This document shows, one piece after another, positions 1 to 12,423 of a DNA stretch of 64,000 bases; within the stretch, counting starts at the first letter, position 1, and each line of letters opens with the position of its first letter. Where the stretch lies: positions 80,574-144,573 of the forward strand of contig NW_003314345.1 in assembly GCF_000143415.4 (NCBI RefSeq), written 5' to 3'. A model generated the notes under the pieces. The model worked only from the letters and a program-made list of their open reading frames with translations, had not been told where the DNA came from and did no database searches. A program made the position numbers and the translations under genes. The DNA is from Selaginella moellendorffii. Lineage: Eukaryota; Plantae; Lycopodiophyta.

Positions 1-119
1 GGATTTTCTGACTCAAGTTACATACACATAGACTTTTTTAGTAGATCTAAAGCAACTTGTGTAGGATTAGTTAGATTGCACTATTCAGTAAGAACGTTGT
101 ATGCATGTTCAATTACTAA

Positions 120-3100
120 TAGAGGCATGCATGCAGCTAGTGGAATGGTGAAAAAGAACCGTGTTGATGATGCTGAAACCTCTAGACGGGCAAATTGAAA
201 GAAGGAAACTCTTGCTAGAGATGCTGTGGAAGAGGCTAAGGCTGAGTCAGAAGAGGAAGAGCTAGATACTGGGGCACTACAGCGTACAGCTTAGGAAGTC
301 AAGATCGAGAATTTGCGAAGGGAGATTCATAAATTGAAGAAGGAGAACAAGAAAAGGAAAAAAGAAGCTGAGGCAGCTAAACTAGCTAAGCCAAAGCAAC
401 CAGACTCCTCTTCAAGTTCTGAGGTAAATGAAGTTTTGCAACTACCCCCAGTTGCATGAGTTTCAAAGTTCAAGCCTCTAAAACCACCCAATTTGAGAAG
501 CATGTAGGACTATCAGGTTTTGGAAAACTATTTTCATAACGGCAGACGTAGATGATTGTAGGAAAGTTGTGTGTGCGCATTCCTTTCTCACTGATCATGC
601 CAAAACTTTATGGCGCCAGGTGTGTGCTGAAAAAGGGCAGATTAGAAGTTGGACCAAGATGCAGTCTCGTATCCGTAAGGAATACTTGCCTCACTATCTT
701 GGTCTAAGACTTTGCGCAGAGCTATGGCGGTTAAAGCAGTGAAGGGACCTCATGCATTACATTAATGCATTTGCTCAGAAGCGCATTATAATTGCAAATA
801 TGAGTGACGAAGATGCTCGAAGTTATTTTCTAGAAGGTTTAAGTTCACTTTCTCACAATGAAATTTTGAAGTTTAAGCCAAAGACGTACCTGGAGTGTAA
901 GGAAGCAACACAGCAAATTGCCTTTAGTCACTTACTCATGGAACAATATCAATAGCCGTATGCTGGTACTTTGGACAAGAATAAGAATTCTAGGAATAAA
1001 CAAGGAGACTGGAAACAAGGGGTGGAAGGTAGGTGCCACCTAGAGGCTCACAAGCTACGATTAACAAAGGTGGTGGTGGTTGGAGACCACCAGTAGCTTC
1101 TTCTGGTCCTAGGCCCTCTGTTCCTCCTCCTGGTGGGTACAAACAACAGCAACCTGCAAAACCTACTCCTAGCGGAACAGGTAGTGTGGGTCATTGATTC
1201 CATTGTGGAGAGTTAGAACATAGGTCCTCGGAATGTCCCAACAAGTATAAGACAAGGTCTCATGTTAATCTCATGAGGGAAGATGGTGGTGGTGAAGCTA
1301 AAGGTGTTGACGAGTTGGTCAATGCAGACTATGAGGAAGAGGAGGTGAGTTACTTTCGTTGCTTTCCTCAAGCCTTTTTCGCAATCAATGCAAACATTGA
1401 TCCGTTAATGTATTTGGTAGGCTTTGTCTGTAGACACCAAATCCAAATGATGATTGATATAGGAGCTACACACAACGTGACTTAGTTAAGTTTTTAGGAT
1501 TGAATGTTGAGCAAATGTCACCTATGCACTTCCGGTTTGCGAAAGATGGGCAAGTAGCCAGAAAATTTGTGAGTGATATTCCAATAAAAATATCTAAATG
1601 GAAAGAAAGAGTGGACTTAGTAGTGTTGAAGATACCAGATTTTCATATGGTGTTTGGTATGGACTTCTTCAACAAATATATAAAAGGGATTTATAGTGCT
1701 AGACAAAGTCGTATCATGTTAAAGTCAGAAGGACGTCCTAATTTGTCCTTCCAGTTGCAATAGTGCTCCTCAAAGGATTGGGATGCTACATTCTTGACAG
1801 TGAAAGCCACTCAAAAAGCAGCTAAGAAGGGATGTCAGACCTTTTGGGTTCAAGTGATGGAAGCTGAGGGTGTTAGTGACTTAACTTGAATCGGCAACAG
1901 GGTTGATCTTGTACCAAAGAAGATATTGGAGTTGTTGGCAAGGAATCAGGATATCTTCCTAAAGGATTTGCCACTAGGGCTACCTCCTAGCCGTGAGGTT
2001 GATCATTGGATTGAGGTTATTCCGAGTTCTAAACCCCTAACAAAAGCTCTATATAGTTTGAACATCAAGGAGATGGCTGAACTCAAAAAACAACTCACAA
2101 AGCTTCTTGACGAAGGTCATATCCAACCAAGCAAGTCACCTTATGGAGCGCTGGTCCTTTTTGTTATGAAAAAGGATGAAACCATAAGCATGTGTATCAA
2201 CTATCGGGCACTCAACAAAATCACGGTAAAAAATAGTTATCCTTTACCTTGCATTGATGACTTGTTTGACCAACTCTTAAAAGTTAAGTATTTTATATGA
2301 CTTGATTTGCGGTCTAGGTATCATCAAATATAGGTGGTAGATCAGGATGTGGAGAAGACAGTCTTTAAGACTTGGTACAGATCTTATGATTTCCTTGTCA
2401 TGCCGTTTGGGTTATGCAATGCTCCGGCAACATTCAGAACTATGATGGATAGAATATTTAGAGATTATTTGGATACATTTGTCGTCCTATACATTGACAA
2501 TGTTCTAGTCTTCAGCAAAACGTTGGAGGAATATTTGAAACACTTGGAGTTAGTGTTTCAAAAGTTGCGTGAACACAAACTATATGCTAAAGAAAGTAAA
2601 TGTGCTTTTGGACAATTGTGCGTGAACTTTTTTGGACATATAGTTGGTGGTGGCGTAATTAAGGTGGATCCAAAGAAGGTGGAAGTAGTGAAGTCCTAGG
2701 AAGTTCCGACCACTGTATTAGATGTTTTTTCCTTTCTCAGTTTCGCGAGATACTATCACAAGTTTGTTTGCAATTTTGCAAAAATTGCTCTTCTATTAAC
2801 TGAGTTAATGAAGAGTAGTATACCATTTTATTGGACACCAGCTTGTTAGCGTGCTTTTGTATGATTGAAGGAGATCTTGACTACAATTCCTGTTCTCAGG
2901 ATCCCAAATCTTGATAAACCCTTCAAAGTGCATTGTGATGCATCTGGCTATGCTATTGGTGCCATGTTACAGCAAGATTGTGACAAAGCAGTTGGTGTTA
3001 AGCTAAGGCGACATGGTTGTCCCATTGAGTTCTACTCCAAGAAATTGGATGAAACCCAACAAAGATGGCCAACACATGAGAAAGAGATGTTTGCTATAGT

Positions 3101-3980
3101 GTCGGCCCTGGAACAATAGAGACACTACTTGGGTGAACACATCAAGGTTTATACAGATAGTAACACACTGAGCTACTTTGCTACGCAACCTAAGCTTATG
3201 CTGAAGCAAGCTTGTTGGCAAGAGAAGCTTGCTACATATGATAATGAAATCATATATAAACTTGGTAAAGACAATATTGTTCTGGATGCATTGAGTGGTT
3301 AGGCTCAGTTCCAGGCAATATAAGTAGTTAGTTCAGACTGGTTGGAGGATGTTTGGGCTTCATATGGAAGTGATCCATTGGCAAAGGCAATCTTGCACCG
3401 TGCGGAGTTATCGAAGCAAAACCCTGGTAGCGAAGCGGCGAAAGTTGCTAATCAAACCAATGCGAAGCTTCACTTCTCAATTTGGGATGGGCTTATATTC
3501 TATAAGCAAGAATGATTGTATCTTCCCTCTAAGGATTTGCAGCAATTGTTTCTACGGGAACATCATGATGTTCTGGCAGTGGGACATGGTGGAAAGCAAA
3601 AGACTCTAGCTTCATTGAAAAAGGGATTTTTATGGTCTAGTATGGAAGGTAATTTAGTGTATTATATCCGTTCCTGCCTTATATACCAGCAATGTAAGCG
3701 CAGAACTAAGAAGCCGGCTAGAAATTTGCAGTGCATTCCAGCACCGGTACAGCCATTTCAGAATGTGACACTTGATTTCGTCACTTGCTTGCCAAAATCT
3801 AAGGGTTATGATACTTTGATGCTGGTTGTGGATCGGTTGTCAAAGATTGCGCACTTCATTCCAATTGTGGGAATAGTGAATGCGAAACAAGTAGCAAAGC
3901 TCTTTTTCCATGAAGTAGTGTGGGTTCATGGTCTTCCTGAAGAGATGATTTCGGATAGAGATTCGAGGTTTACAGGGAAG
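120..3980 (+). mobile_element. Degenerate Ty3/gypsy (chromovirus-like) retrotransposon internal region: gag-PR-RT-RNaseH-INT, truncated in the integrase core
   Basis: Broken ORFs in gypsy order: zinc-knuckle remnant (FHCGELEHRSSECP ~1200), protease IDIGATHN, RT ([40 protein letters not shown]), RNaseH (CDASGYAIGA), integrase (HHD..GHGG, VTLDFVTCLP, ISDRDSRFTG). Many stops and frameshifts. Confidence 0.95.
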
Positions 3981-3984
3981 CTGG

Positions 3985-4190
3985 AAGATGAAATCAAGAC
4001 CGAGACCAAGAGCGAGTCCGAGTATGAGTTTAAGTCTGAATCCAAGTCTAAGTCCGAGTCCAAATACTAATATAGGTTGTTGAGGGTGAAAGCCCAAAGC
4101 AATCATCCCCCAGAGGGGGGATATAAGAGGTTCCAAAAGTATAGTAGGGAGGGTGTCGGGGTTGGAGCCCAATGGAGCTAGTTTTGGCTA
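3985..4190 (+). repeat. LTR-family fragment (CCGAGT/CCAAGT-type hexamer array plus conserved block), related to ~5430-5720 and 60220-60497
   Basis: Shares 'gtccaaatact...gggtgaaagcccaaa...ggttccaaaagtatagtaggga' with the other two loci. Confidence 0.8.
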
Positions 4191-4915
4191 GGAAAGGCCA
4201 ATGTGACCCAGGAAAATTGTTGGGTGATGATATATCCACTAAGGAGTTCAAAGCTAGAGTGAATATAGATTGACAAACAGGGTAATTTGGTGAAGTGTTC
4301 AAATGCCAGCTCTAGTTCCCCTGGGAGATTGAATAGTTGATGCTCCCAATCTAAGTATCAAAGTCTCAAATTGTGGAGAGGAAGAGGAATAATCCTCTGA
4401 TGTAGTGACCAAGGATACGGTCACATGGTGAGGAAGTCCTAGAGGACAGTAGGGTTTAGTGGTCAAGCCTATGGGCCTTGACTCAGTGGCAATGTTGATA
4501 AAGAAAGGGACTTGGTGGGGATTGAAAAAGGGATATTGGGGAAGGTTGTTTCCCATGTTTGCGAACATCCTAAAGATGCTAAAGAGTGGATCTAAGATGA
4601 TCACTCAAGACAAATGGCCAAGTTTTTTATAGATAGGATTGTGATATAGGTGGTGTTAGATCACCATGTGACAAAGGTGAATGGGTATGGCCTTAGCATA
4701 ACGGGTTGATATGTCAGTGGTACCTTTAGGTGTTGGTTATGGGATTGGACACATGGAGCATTCGAACCAAGTGCAAATGGATGTCATTCTTAGGGCTAGC
4801 CATCCCTAGGTCCGGAATAGAATTTATAAAGGTTGTGAGTGAGATTCTTTCAAGTGGTCGGAGGTGTGGTTTAGTGACTAAAGTATAATAGAAAATTTAA
4901 TTGCTTATATATGTG

Positions 4916-5018
4916 TGTGAGAGAGATAGAGTATATATATACATAGTGGGATTTTAATAATTATCAAAACATTTTTAATCAATCACTCTTATATATAAAC
5001 TAGGGTTTTTGGATTCAT

Positions 5019-5071
<53 letters not shown>

Positions 5072-5100
5072 CTTCCATTTTTATATTTTTTGCACTCACA
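4916..5100 (+). repeat. AT-eroded short LTR homologous to the 3' LTR at 12250-12423, with an internal (TA)n expansion
   Basis: Same TGTGAG...CACTCACA termini and internal landmarks (tagtgg(g)atttt, cactc, tatataa.ctagggtttt, ttccat). Confidence 0.6.
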
Positions 5101-5345
5101 TTAGAAGCAACTCTAATTATTCCTAAAAGTGGATTTATCCTTTTCTTTTTTTTTCATCTTCATGGTAGAATAATATATTCTTCCTTTGAGTCTCAACAAT
5201 TGATATAATTTCTTGATATTATGCAATTGCAACTAATCAAACTTAGTAGATATTGGTGTTTATCACATGTGGTCCAATTCCTTTTATTATCAATCCTTAC
5301 ATTTAGTAAGACTCCTATAGGAATTCTAGGGATGATGTGTACTAT

Positions 5346-6419
5346 TGTATAAGGAACCAACTCCCCGAGGTGTTATAAGCTAAAGGATCCCCAAAAATAT
5401 GACCAAAGTGATAAAGAGTTCATTGGATGAGACTAAGTCCGAGATTGAGTTCGAGACTAACTCTAAGACCAAGTTCGAGACCAACTCTGAAACCAAGTTC
5501 GAGGCTAAGTCCGAAACCGAGTTCGAGACCAAGTCCAAGATCAAGTCTGAGATAGAGTCCGAGGTCAAGTCTAAGATCAAGTCTGAGATCGAGTTCGAGA
5601 TTGAATTTGAGATCGAGTCCAAGACCAAGTCCAAATACTTATATAGATCGTGGGGTGAAAGCCCAAAGCGTGTGTCTCCTAGGGGGTTGCAAAGGGTTCC
5701 AAAAGTATAGTAGGGATAGTGAGGTCCAAGAATTAGTCTTGAAGGAACTTTTTAATGGTGCTTCCAAACTTACTTAAGGTTGAGGCTGGGACTTAGAGGC
5801 TTTGGGTGGGGGTGAGCATAAACTCGAGTGGTGCTAAAGGGGCCATATAAGAAAGTGCTCAAGAGCAGCTCCCCTCGGAAGGTAAACCGACTATAGTACT
5901 CCCAACTCATGTGGAGTGGTGTCCCATTTAAGTACCTTATGGCTCATTGGCCCTCACCCTTCCTAGGGGCTTGGGCCTTTCCTTCGGGATGGAAGTGTGG
6001 GAGTAGGGGTACCCATACTAGGCCGTTAGGCTATAGTGCTTCCCCCTAGTATCCCAAAGGAAGTGTTGCACCTAAAGCTTAGGATTTAAAGGGTGATATA
6101 ATCAGGTCTTGTTGTATTAAGGGATGTTAGAAACCTAGAGGCTTAGTGTGCTTGGCTACTTGTGCCTACAGGAAGTGTAGTTGAATCTTAAATCTAGTTT
6201 AATCTAGGGAAGGAAATTGGGAGAGAATTTTGAAATTCGAGGATGGATGGTTAATGCTCCGCTGCTCATGTAGTAAGTTGTTAAAACCAAGTAAGACCAA
6301 GTAAGAGTTAGTAGAATAAGTGGGAACTTTGGTAAGGGAACTTAACTGAGGCTAAAGCCATGGAAATCGAATAGACAATATAAATTAGCAAATTGGAAAG
6401 AAAAATTTTGTGGTTTACA
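5346..6419 (+). repeat. 5' LTR (~1.05 kb) of the second gypsy element; start approximate (5346 or 5371)
   Basis: Ends ...ggtttACA, followed by a degenerate tRNA-Met PBS TGGTCTTGGAGC (6423-6434; 9/12 to TGGTATCAGAGC) and then gag. Contains a hexamer array at ~5430-5635. Confidence 0.65.
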
Positions 6420-6422
6420 ATT

Positions 6423-8315
6423 TGGTCTTGGAGCCTATTATCAGTTCTAGTGAAGGATAGAGGTAGATTGCAGGGAGATGGCTAAGGCAAGGCATCAGAT
6501 AACCAAGGTGGAGACAGAATCTCCTCTAGAGCTGGAGCCTCCAATCGAACAAGAGGCTATAGATGAAAAGTCCTTGCGCGAGGAAGACTCAAATAAAGAA
6601 TCTTCCAAACAAGAATCTAGTGGAAAAGTTCAGTCATTCAAGGCTCAATTGGACGTTTTAGAAGGACAATGAACATAGACCAATACCCTAGAGACATTTG
6701 TACACAAACTAAAGTGTGACAAGAAGCGAAAGAAAAAGCAAAAGACCATAGAGGTTGGCAGTGCAAAAGGCATGGACCTTTTGGTGGGGATTGAGGCAGA
6801 ACTAAACAAGGTTGAATAAACCAAAATGGAATCTATCCCTAAGGCAATTCCCAAGTACAAACCAAAGCCCCCACTAGTCTTCAAGAGAGTGAATGAGTAT
6901 AAAGTGGTGGAGGATTAGTTTTATAATATGAAGGATTATTTCTGAACATTGTGGTTACCGAGTTTAGAGAAGATCTCATATGCAAAACCATATTTAGCAG
7001 ATAATGCTAAGTTTTTGTGGAGAACAACAGATGCCAACAAAGGACCAGTAGCCACTTTTGAAATGATGAAGGCAAAGATCTATGCAATCTATGTTCTACC
7101 GAATGCTACTTTGCACCTAAGGGATGAGCTGAGTAGGCTGAAGCAAGCGAGAATCATTTAAGAGTATGTGAATGCATTCATAGCAAAAAGGATCCTTCTC
7201 ACAAACATGGGCATAAGGCTTATAACATGGGCATAAGGCTTCATATAAGGCTTATAAACCTGGGCTTATAACATGGGCATAAGGCTTCATATAAGGCTTA
7301 TAAACTTTGGCTTGAGGCGAGGTGATGTGTTGGAACCAGACCAACTATAAGGAAGTGTTGGATATAGTTATTTAAGGTGCATTTCAATGATAACTTGCAA
7401 AAGGGGAACACAACGGGGTCAGGGTCCACATTTAGCAAAGGGGCCAAACTAAGGGGAACATATGGCAAAAGGAAATTCAAGAAAAGTTTCTCTACGAATG
7501 AATCTTAAGTTTCGGAAATGCAGATTTAGTGGGTAGGAGCAAGTACATGAAGGAGTCAAGCAAAAATGGATAAACCCATTGATAAAAAAGTCAAGTTTGT
7601 TAGTAGTATGGGAAATAACATATGCTTCAATTATGATGAAGTGGGGTATTTTTCAAAGGAATGTCCCTACCCGAAGAAGGCCAAAGTTAATATGGCCATT
7701 TAAGTCGAGTGAAATTTAAATTGGGGTACATGATCCAGTCTTTAGCTCAAAGTTACTCATTACATGAAAAACTTTGGTAAAGAGTCGTTCGCAACATCTA
7801 CTAACCCTCTGAGGAAAGCTTAAAGGTAAATTTGTTAAGATCTTTATTAGCACGGGTGCGTCAAATAATTTTGTAGCTGTAGATATAGTTCGGCAACCCA
7901 AACTAACAGTGCAGTAGCTGAGCGAACCAAGGACTATAGAGTTTGTTCAAGATAGCCAAAGCACCAATGAGGTACTTGTAAGCAACCAAAGGGAACGACT
8001 TGAGAGACGATCCATGGGGTTCAAATATAAAGGGAAAGGGCCCATGAACAAGAGTGCACCCCCTTTTCCAATCGGTTAAGGGTCTTAGGATATCTGGGGT
8101 TAAGCGTCCTTGGGTTTGAATAGTACTGGGCTGGGTGAGCTTACAGTACTTCAGCAAGCAAGAGTCGAAGTAAAGACATGGAAAGTAGACATAAACTTCA
8201 CTGTGTTAGACATGGTAGGATTTGACATGATGTTCGAGATGGATTTGTTCAATCAGTTTGTGGTAGCTCTACATGAACAATGTAAGAACCTTGTGGTACT
8301 GATGGAGCAAGTTCT
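6423..8315 (+). mobile_element. Second degenerate Ty3/gypsy element: PBS, gag and protease; truncated
   Basis: gag remnants from 6478, zinc knuckle CFNYDEVGYFSKECP (~7623), protease remnants ISTGASNNF and FDMMFEMD. Interrupted by the solo LTR at 7977-8145. Confidence 0.8.
7977..8145 (+). mobile_element. 169-bp solo LTR containing a 5S rRNA internal promoter (Cassandra/TRIM-like)
   Basis: Terminal inverted repeats TGTAAGC...GCTTACA and a perfect GTACT TSD (7972-7976, 8146-8150). Removal restores the protease frame (EVLQQARVEV). 8098-8140 aligns ungapped to the 5S A-box/IE/C-box region. Confidence 0.85.
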
Positions 8316-8728
8316 ATGTCAGAGTGGATCAAGCTAGGAATGCTGTGGCCAGCACTTCGTCAAGATCTTGTCGGACTTGTGCATGCACTTGCTCCTGCCA
8401 CTCTTGACGATGCTCTTCGCTTGGCACAACATTATGAGACGTCGCCTCTTCCACTTCTTGCTACACGTCCTTCAGCTCCACTTCCTATGAGTGATGGTCC
8501 TGTTCCCATGGAGGTTGATGCTGCTGCTACTCGAGTCCAAGGACAAGGGCGAGGACGTGGTCGTGGCCGTGACGTTCATTGCTGGGCGTGTGATGAAGTT
8601 GGTCATACTTATCGGCGTTGTCGGCGCTTTCCGGATTGGCGACCTCCATTTGCTGGGTGGAGACCTTAGCGTCAGCAACGTCCCGTTGGTGCTGCTGCGG
8701 TGGAAGGTTTGGATACCGAGGTGCATTC

Positions 8729-8792
8729 GGGAAACAAGGAGTCGCGCGAGTAATGGAGGGACCTTGCGCGAATAAGTTAGTGACCCCTCCAT
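8729..8792 (+). promoter_or_regulatory. Predicted -1 programmed ribosomal frameshift signal (G_GGA_AAC plus H-type pseudoknot) linking gag and pol
   Basis: Heptamer in the gag frame with pol in the -1 frame; 6-nt spacer; stem 1 is 8742-8750/8763-8771; stem 2 is 8753-8760/8785-8792. Confidence 0.75.
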
Positions 8793-11700
8793 CTTACTTT
8801 CGGGAGTATCATCAAGGGGTTCACTCGGCACCGGTTCATCCAGTGTTTACTTTCCAAGCTCGTTTTTATAACAAGAGGTCTCCTATTCTTCTCTCCGTGT
8901 TGGTTGATACAGGTTCGAGTTTATCTTCTATTGCTCGACCTATTGCCACACGTTGTCGTCTACACTTGCGTCGTGCGGCGGATCCAGTTTTCATTCTTTA
9001 TGGCAACGGCCGTACACATGCATGTGCACGAGATGAGGCGGACCTGGTTGTGCGTATGGGCGATCTCGAGCTTGAGTTGCAGTCATTGCGGGTGGTGCCG
9101 AGTCAAGCTTTTGACCTCATTCTTGGTATGGATTGGTTGCAGCACAATCATGCCAAGTGTGACTTTGAGGCTTTTCCCCCTTGTCTCATACTTCCTTATG
9201 TTTCATCCATTCCTCTCACTTCCGTACCTCTTCGTCCCTCTACTTCTACCTCTGCTTCCATTACTTTTGTTCCCCCATTATTTCCTCTTGTGTTTCCATC
9301 TTGTTCTGCTCTTCCCTTTTCCGATCCCTCCGATGATCTTTGTGTTGCAGCTGTTGACCAGCTCATGAAGGAGTATTCTGATCTCTTTGAATTTGACCTA
9401 TCGTCTGGGGCCAAGATTGCCACACGTCATCCCATTCCAACCGGGGATGCTCGTCCAATCAAGGTTCCTGTTCGTCGTCGGTCACCCAAGGAGATCAAGA
9501 TTTTACGTGCAAATGTCAAGGAGATGTTGGAGAAGGGTGTTATTCGGAAGTCACGGAGTCCTTGGGCATGTGAACCTCATCTTGTGATGAAGCCTGATGG
9601 GAGTATTCGTTTCTGCATCGACTATCGTCCATTAAATGAAGTGACGATCCCGGACGTGTACCCTCTTCTTCACACTGCTGATCTCTTGGATCGTCTGGGG
9701 CGAAGTCGTTGGTTCACCAAGCTAGATCTTGCTTCTGGGTATTCGCAAGTACCGATGGCTGAAGATGATATTCCTAAGACTGCTTTTCGTACACCATTTG
9801 GTTTGTACGAGTTTTTGGTGATGCCGTTTGGTTTGAACAATGCTCCAGCAACTTTTCAGCGGATGGTGGACGAGGTTCTTTGCGATATGCCAGAGGTGAC
9901 GGCTGACTTCATTGATGATGTCTTGATCCACTCGGAGGGGACGTGGGAGGAGCATGTTCGTGATGTTTGTAAAGTGTTGGATCGGCTACGCGACGTTGGT
10001 TTAAAGCTGAAGCGGTCGAAGTGCGTGTTTGGGTCCAAGGACACAACTTATCTTGGGTACCGTATTTCTCGTGAGGGTTTGCAAGTTGATCCTGACAAAC
10101 TTGTGGCTGTTCTAAAGTTCCCTACTCTGAAGTGTGTGAATGATGTGCAGCGCTTTTTGGGTAAGGTGCAGTATCTCAGTCGTTTTGTGGATCATCTTTC
10201 CGATCGCACTATACCATTGCGAGCGTTGCTGAAGTCATCAATGTCATCTTTCATCTGGTCTCCCGATTGTGAGCGGGCGTTCGTGAATCTCAAAGAGCTA
10301 TTGACGACTCCTCCGGTTTTAGCATATCCTGACTACACTCGACCTTTTATTTTGCGCGTGGATGCTTCTGACATTGGTCTTGGAGGTGTGTTGATGCAAG
10401 AGAGCTCGAGTGTGCCTGGTCAGCGCCATCCCATTGCCTACATAAGCCGTACATTACAACCAGCGGAGATGAACTACTCCACGACGGAGAAGGAGTGTTT
10501 AGCAGCAGTCTGGGGTTTCGAGAAACTTCATGCCTATCTACATGGTTCTCGGACGTTACTTGAAGGTGACCATGCTGCTGTTACTTCATTATTGAAGCGG
10601 AAGAACCTGGTTGGTCGTACGGCTCGATGGGCTTTGAAGCTTCAGATATATGATTTCGATGTTTTTCATCGCCCAGGGAGTTCTATGGCTGATGCTGATG
10701 CCCTTTCTCGAGCTCCTCTTCCTTCTCCACTCACTTCTCATGTTTCTGACGAACCTGTTGTTCCAGCATCTGTGGATTTTCTAGATGAGGATTCTGTGCC
10801 GTCGGCGGTTGCTGTCCTTGACATTCAGTGTCCACAGGGCGTAGAGCAAGATCTACCTTCTCTGGATGAGGTTCGCAAGGCTCAGAAGATTGAGCCGTGG
10901 ATTCGAAGGCTTCAAGATGGGTTTGAGAATCCTGCATCACTTGCTAATGACTTGCCTTTTCGGCATTTACATTCTCAATATCGCCTTGAAGATGGCCTTC
11001 TTTATTTTGTGGGGACGGATCCTGATGCTCATTTACGGCTGGTGGTGCCTTCGGTGTTTATTCCGCGGTTTCTCCATGCCTACCATGATTCTCCTATTCT
11101 AGGTGGGCATATGAGACACCGTCATGTCACCGAGAAGCTGCGCAGATCTTTCTATTGGCCAGAGATGCGACGTGATATTATCCGGTATGTGCGTAGCTGC
11201 GTTTGGTGCCAAGCTCGTAATACTCCCCCTTGTGCTGTGGAAGGACGGTTGGAGTCAATTGCAGTTTCTCGTCCGTTTGAGTTGGTGGCGTTTGATCTTA
11301 TGGGACCTTTTCCGCGATCGACTGCTGGCAATGAGTATGTTATTATTGCTTCTGACTACTTGACTCGTTGGGTGGAAGTTGGTGTTCTTGCTAGTGCCTC
11401 TACAACTACTGTTGGATACTTCCTCCTCAATCGAGTGGTGTTCCAGCATTCTTGTCCAGAACGGATTCTTTCGGATAATGGTCCTGCATTTATGGCTGAG
11501 GTATTTCATGTTTTGACATCTCGGTTGGGGATACGCCACACTTTTACGAGTGCTTATCATCCTTAATCAGACGGTCTGGTGGAACGGCNNNNNNNNNNNN
11601 NNNNNNNNNNNNNNNNNNNNNNNNNNNNNNNNNNNNNNNNNNNNNNNNNNNNNNNNNNNNNNNNNNNNNNNNNNNNNNNNNNNNNNNNNNNNNNNNNNNN

Positions 11701-12249
11701 NNNNNNNNNNNNNNNNNNNNNNNNNNNNNNNNNNNNNNNNNNNNNNNNNNNNNNNNNNNNNNNNNNNNNNTCGCGATTGCCATGAGCTCCCCATGCTAGG
11801 TCATGGGATCAATATTTGACAAGCATTCTTCCACTTGTCCGAGCAGAGTCTGCTGAACACTTAGGCCGCGTACAAGTGGGACAACAACGGCGCTACAATT
11901 CCCATCATCGTCCACCAGCGGAGTACAAAGTGGATGATTTAGTGTTAGTCCGTTTTCCCCATCTTACGGTACGTGGTTTATCTAAGGGGCTCCTTGCGCA
12001 GTGGAAAGGACCGTATCGGGTGTTGCGGCAAGTTGGACCACAAGTTTATGAGGTTCGGCATGACATTCAGCAGGCCGATCCTCCGGAGATTGTGCATGTG
12101 CAGCGGTTAAAACGCTTCATACAAAGGGATCAGGAGCAGTTAATACCGTCTACAGATCCACCGATGCCTCCTCCTGACGTTCCTCCAGATCCCGGCCCAT
12201 CTACAAGAGAACCCTGACGGCCTTCCATTATTCCGAGAGGAGGGGATGA

Positions 12250-12419
12250 TGTGAGGGCCAAGTGTACGGCTACGATGCCGTATACTAATATTAGCGTAGT
12301 GGATTTTGGTAGCCGTCGGATTGGTTTCAATCCGGACCACTCGCTCCTGTATATAAGCTAGGGTTTTCGGGCTAATTGAGATGCACATTTCTGTATTCCC
12401 TTTCCATGTTCCATGCACT

Positions 12420-12423
<4 letters not shown>
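12250..12423 (+). repeat. 3' LTR (174 bp) of the third element
   Basis: Immediately follows the PPT; TGTGAG...CTCACA termini; TATATAA box; abuts (TA)n. Confidence 0.85.

Larger units (their letters stand above)
8316..12423 (+). mobile_element. Third, younger Ty3/gypsy element without a chromodomain: gag 3' part, pol, PPT and 3' LTR
   Basis: CWACDEVGHTYRRC knuckle; 982-codon pol ORF with VDTGSS, FIDD RT, RNaseH DAS, integrase HHCC and SDNG; GPY/F-type tail at 11816-12217; PPT GAGAGGAGGGGATGA at 12235-12249. Premature stops at 8667 (gag) and 11564 (HP*SDG). Assembly gap at 11589-11770. Confidence 0.95.

Noticed and set aside
5380-5710. E/S/K/T-rich ORFs on both strands
   Set aside because: Artifacts of the hexamer array in an LTR.
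8098-8140. Functional 5S rRNA gene
   Set aside because: Only the internal control region matches; the 5' and 3' parts and the T-run terminator are absent.
11544-11819. Poly-X ORFs
   Set aside because: They span an assembly gap of Ns.
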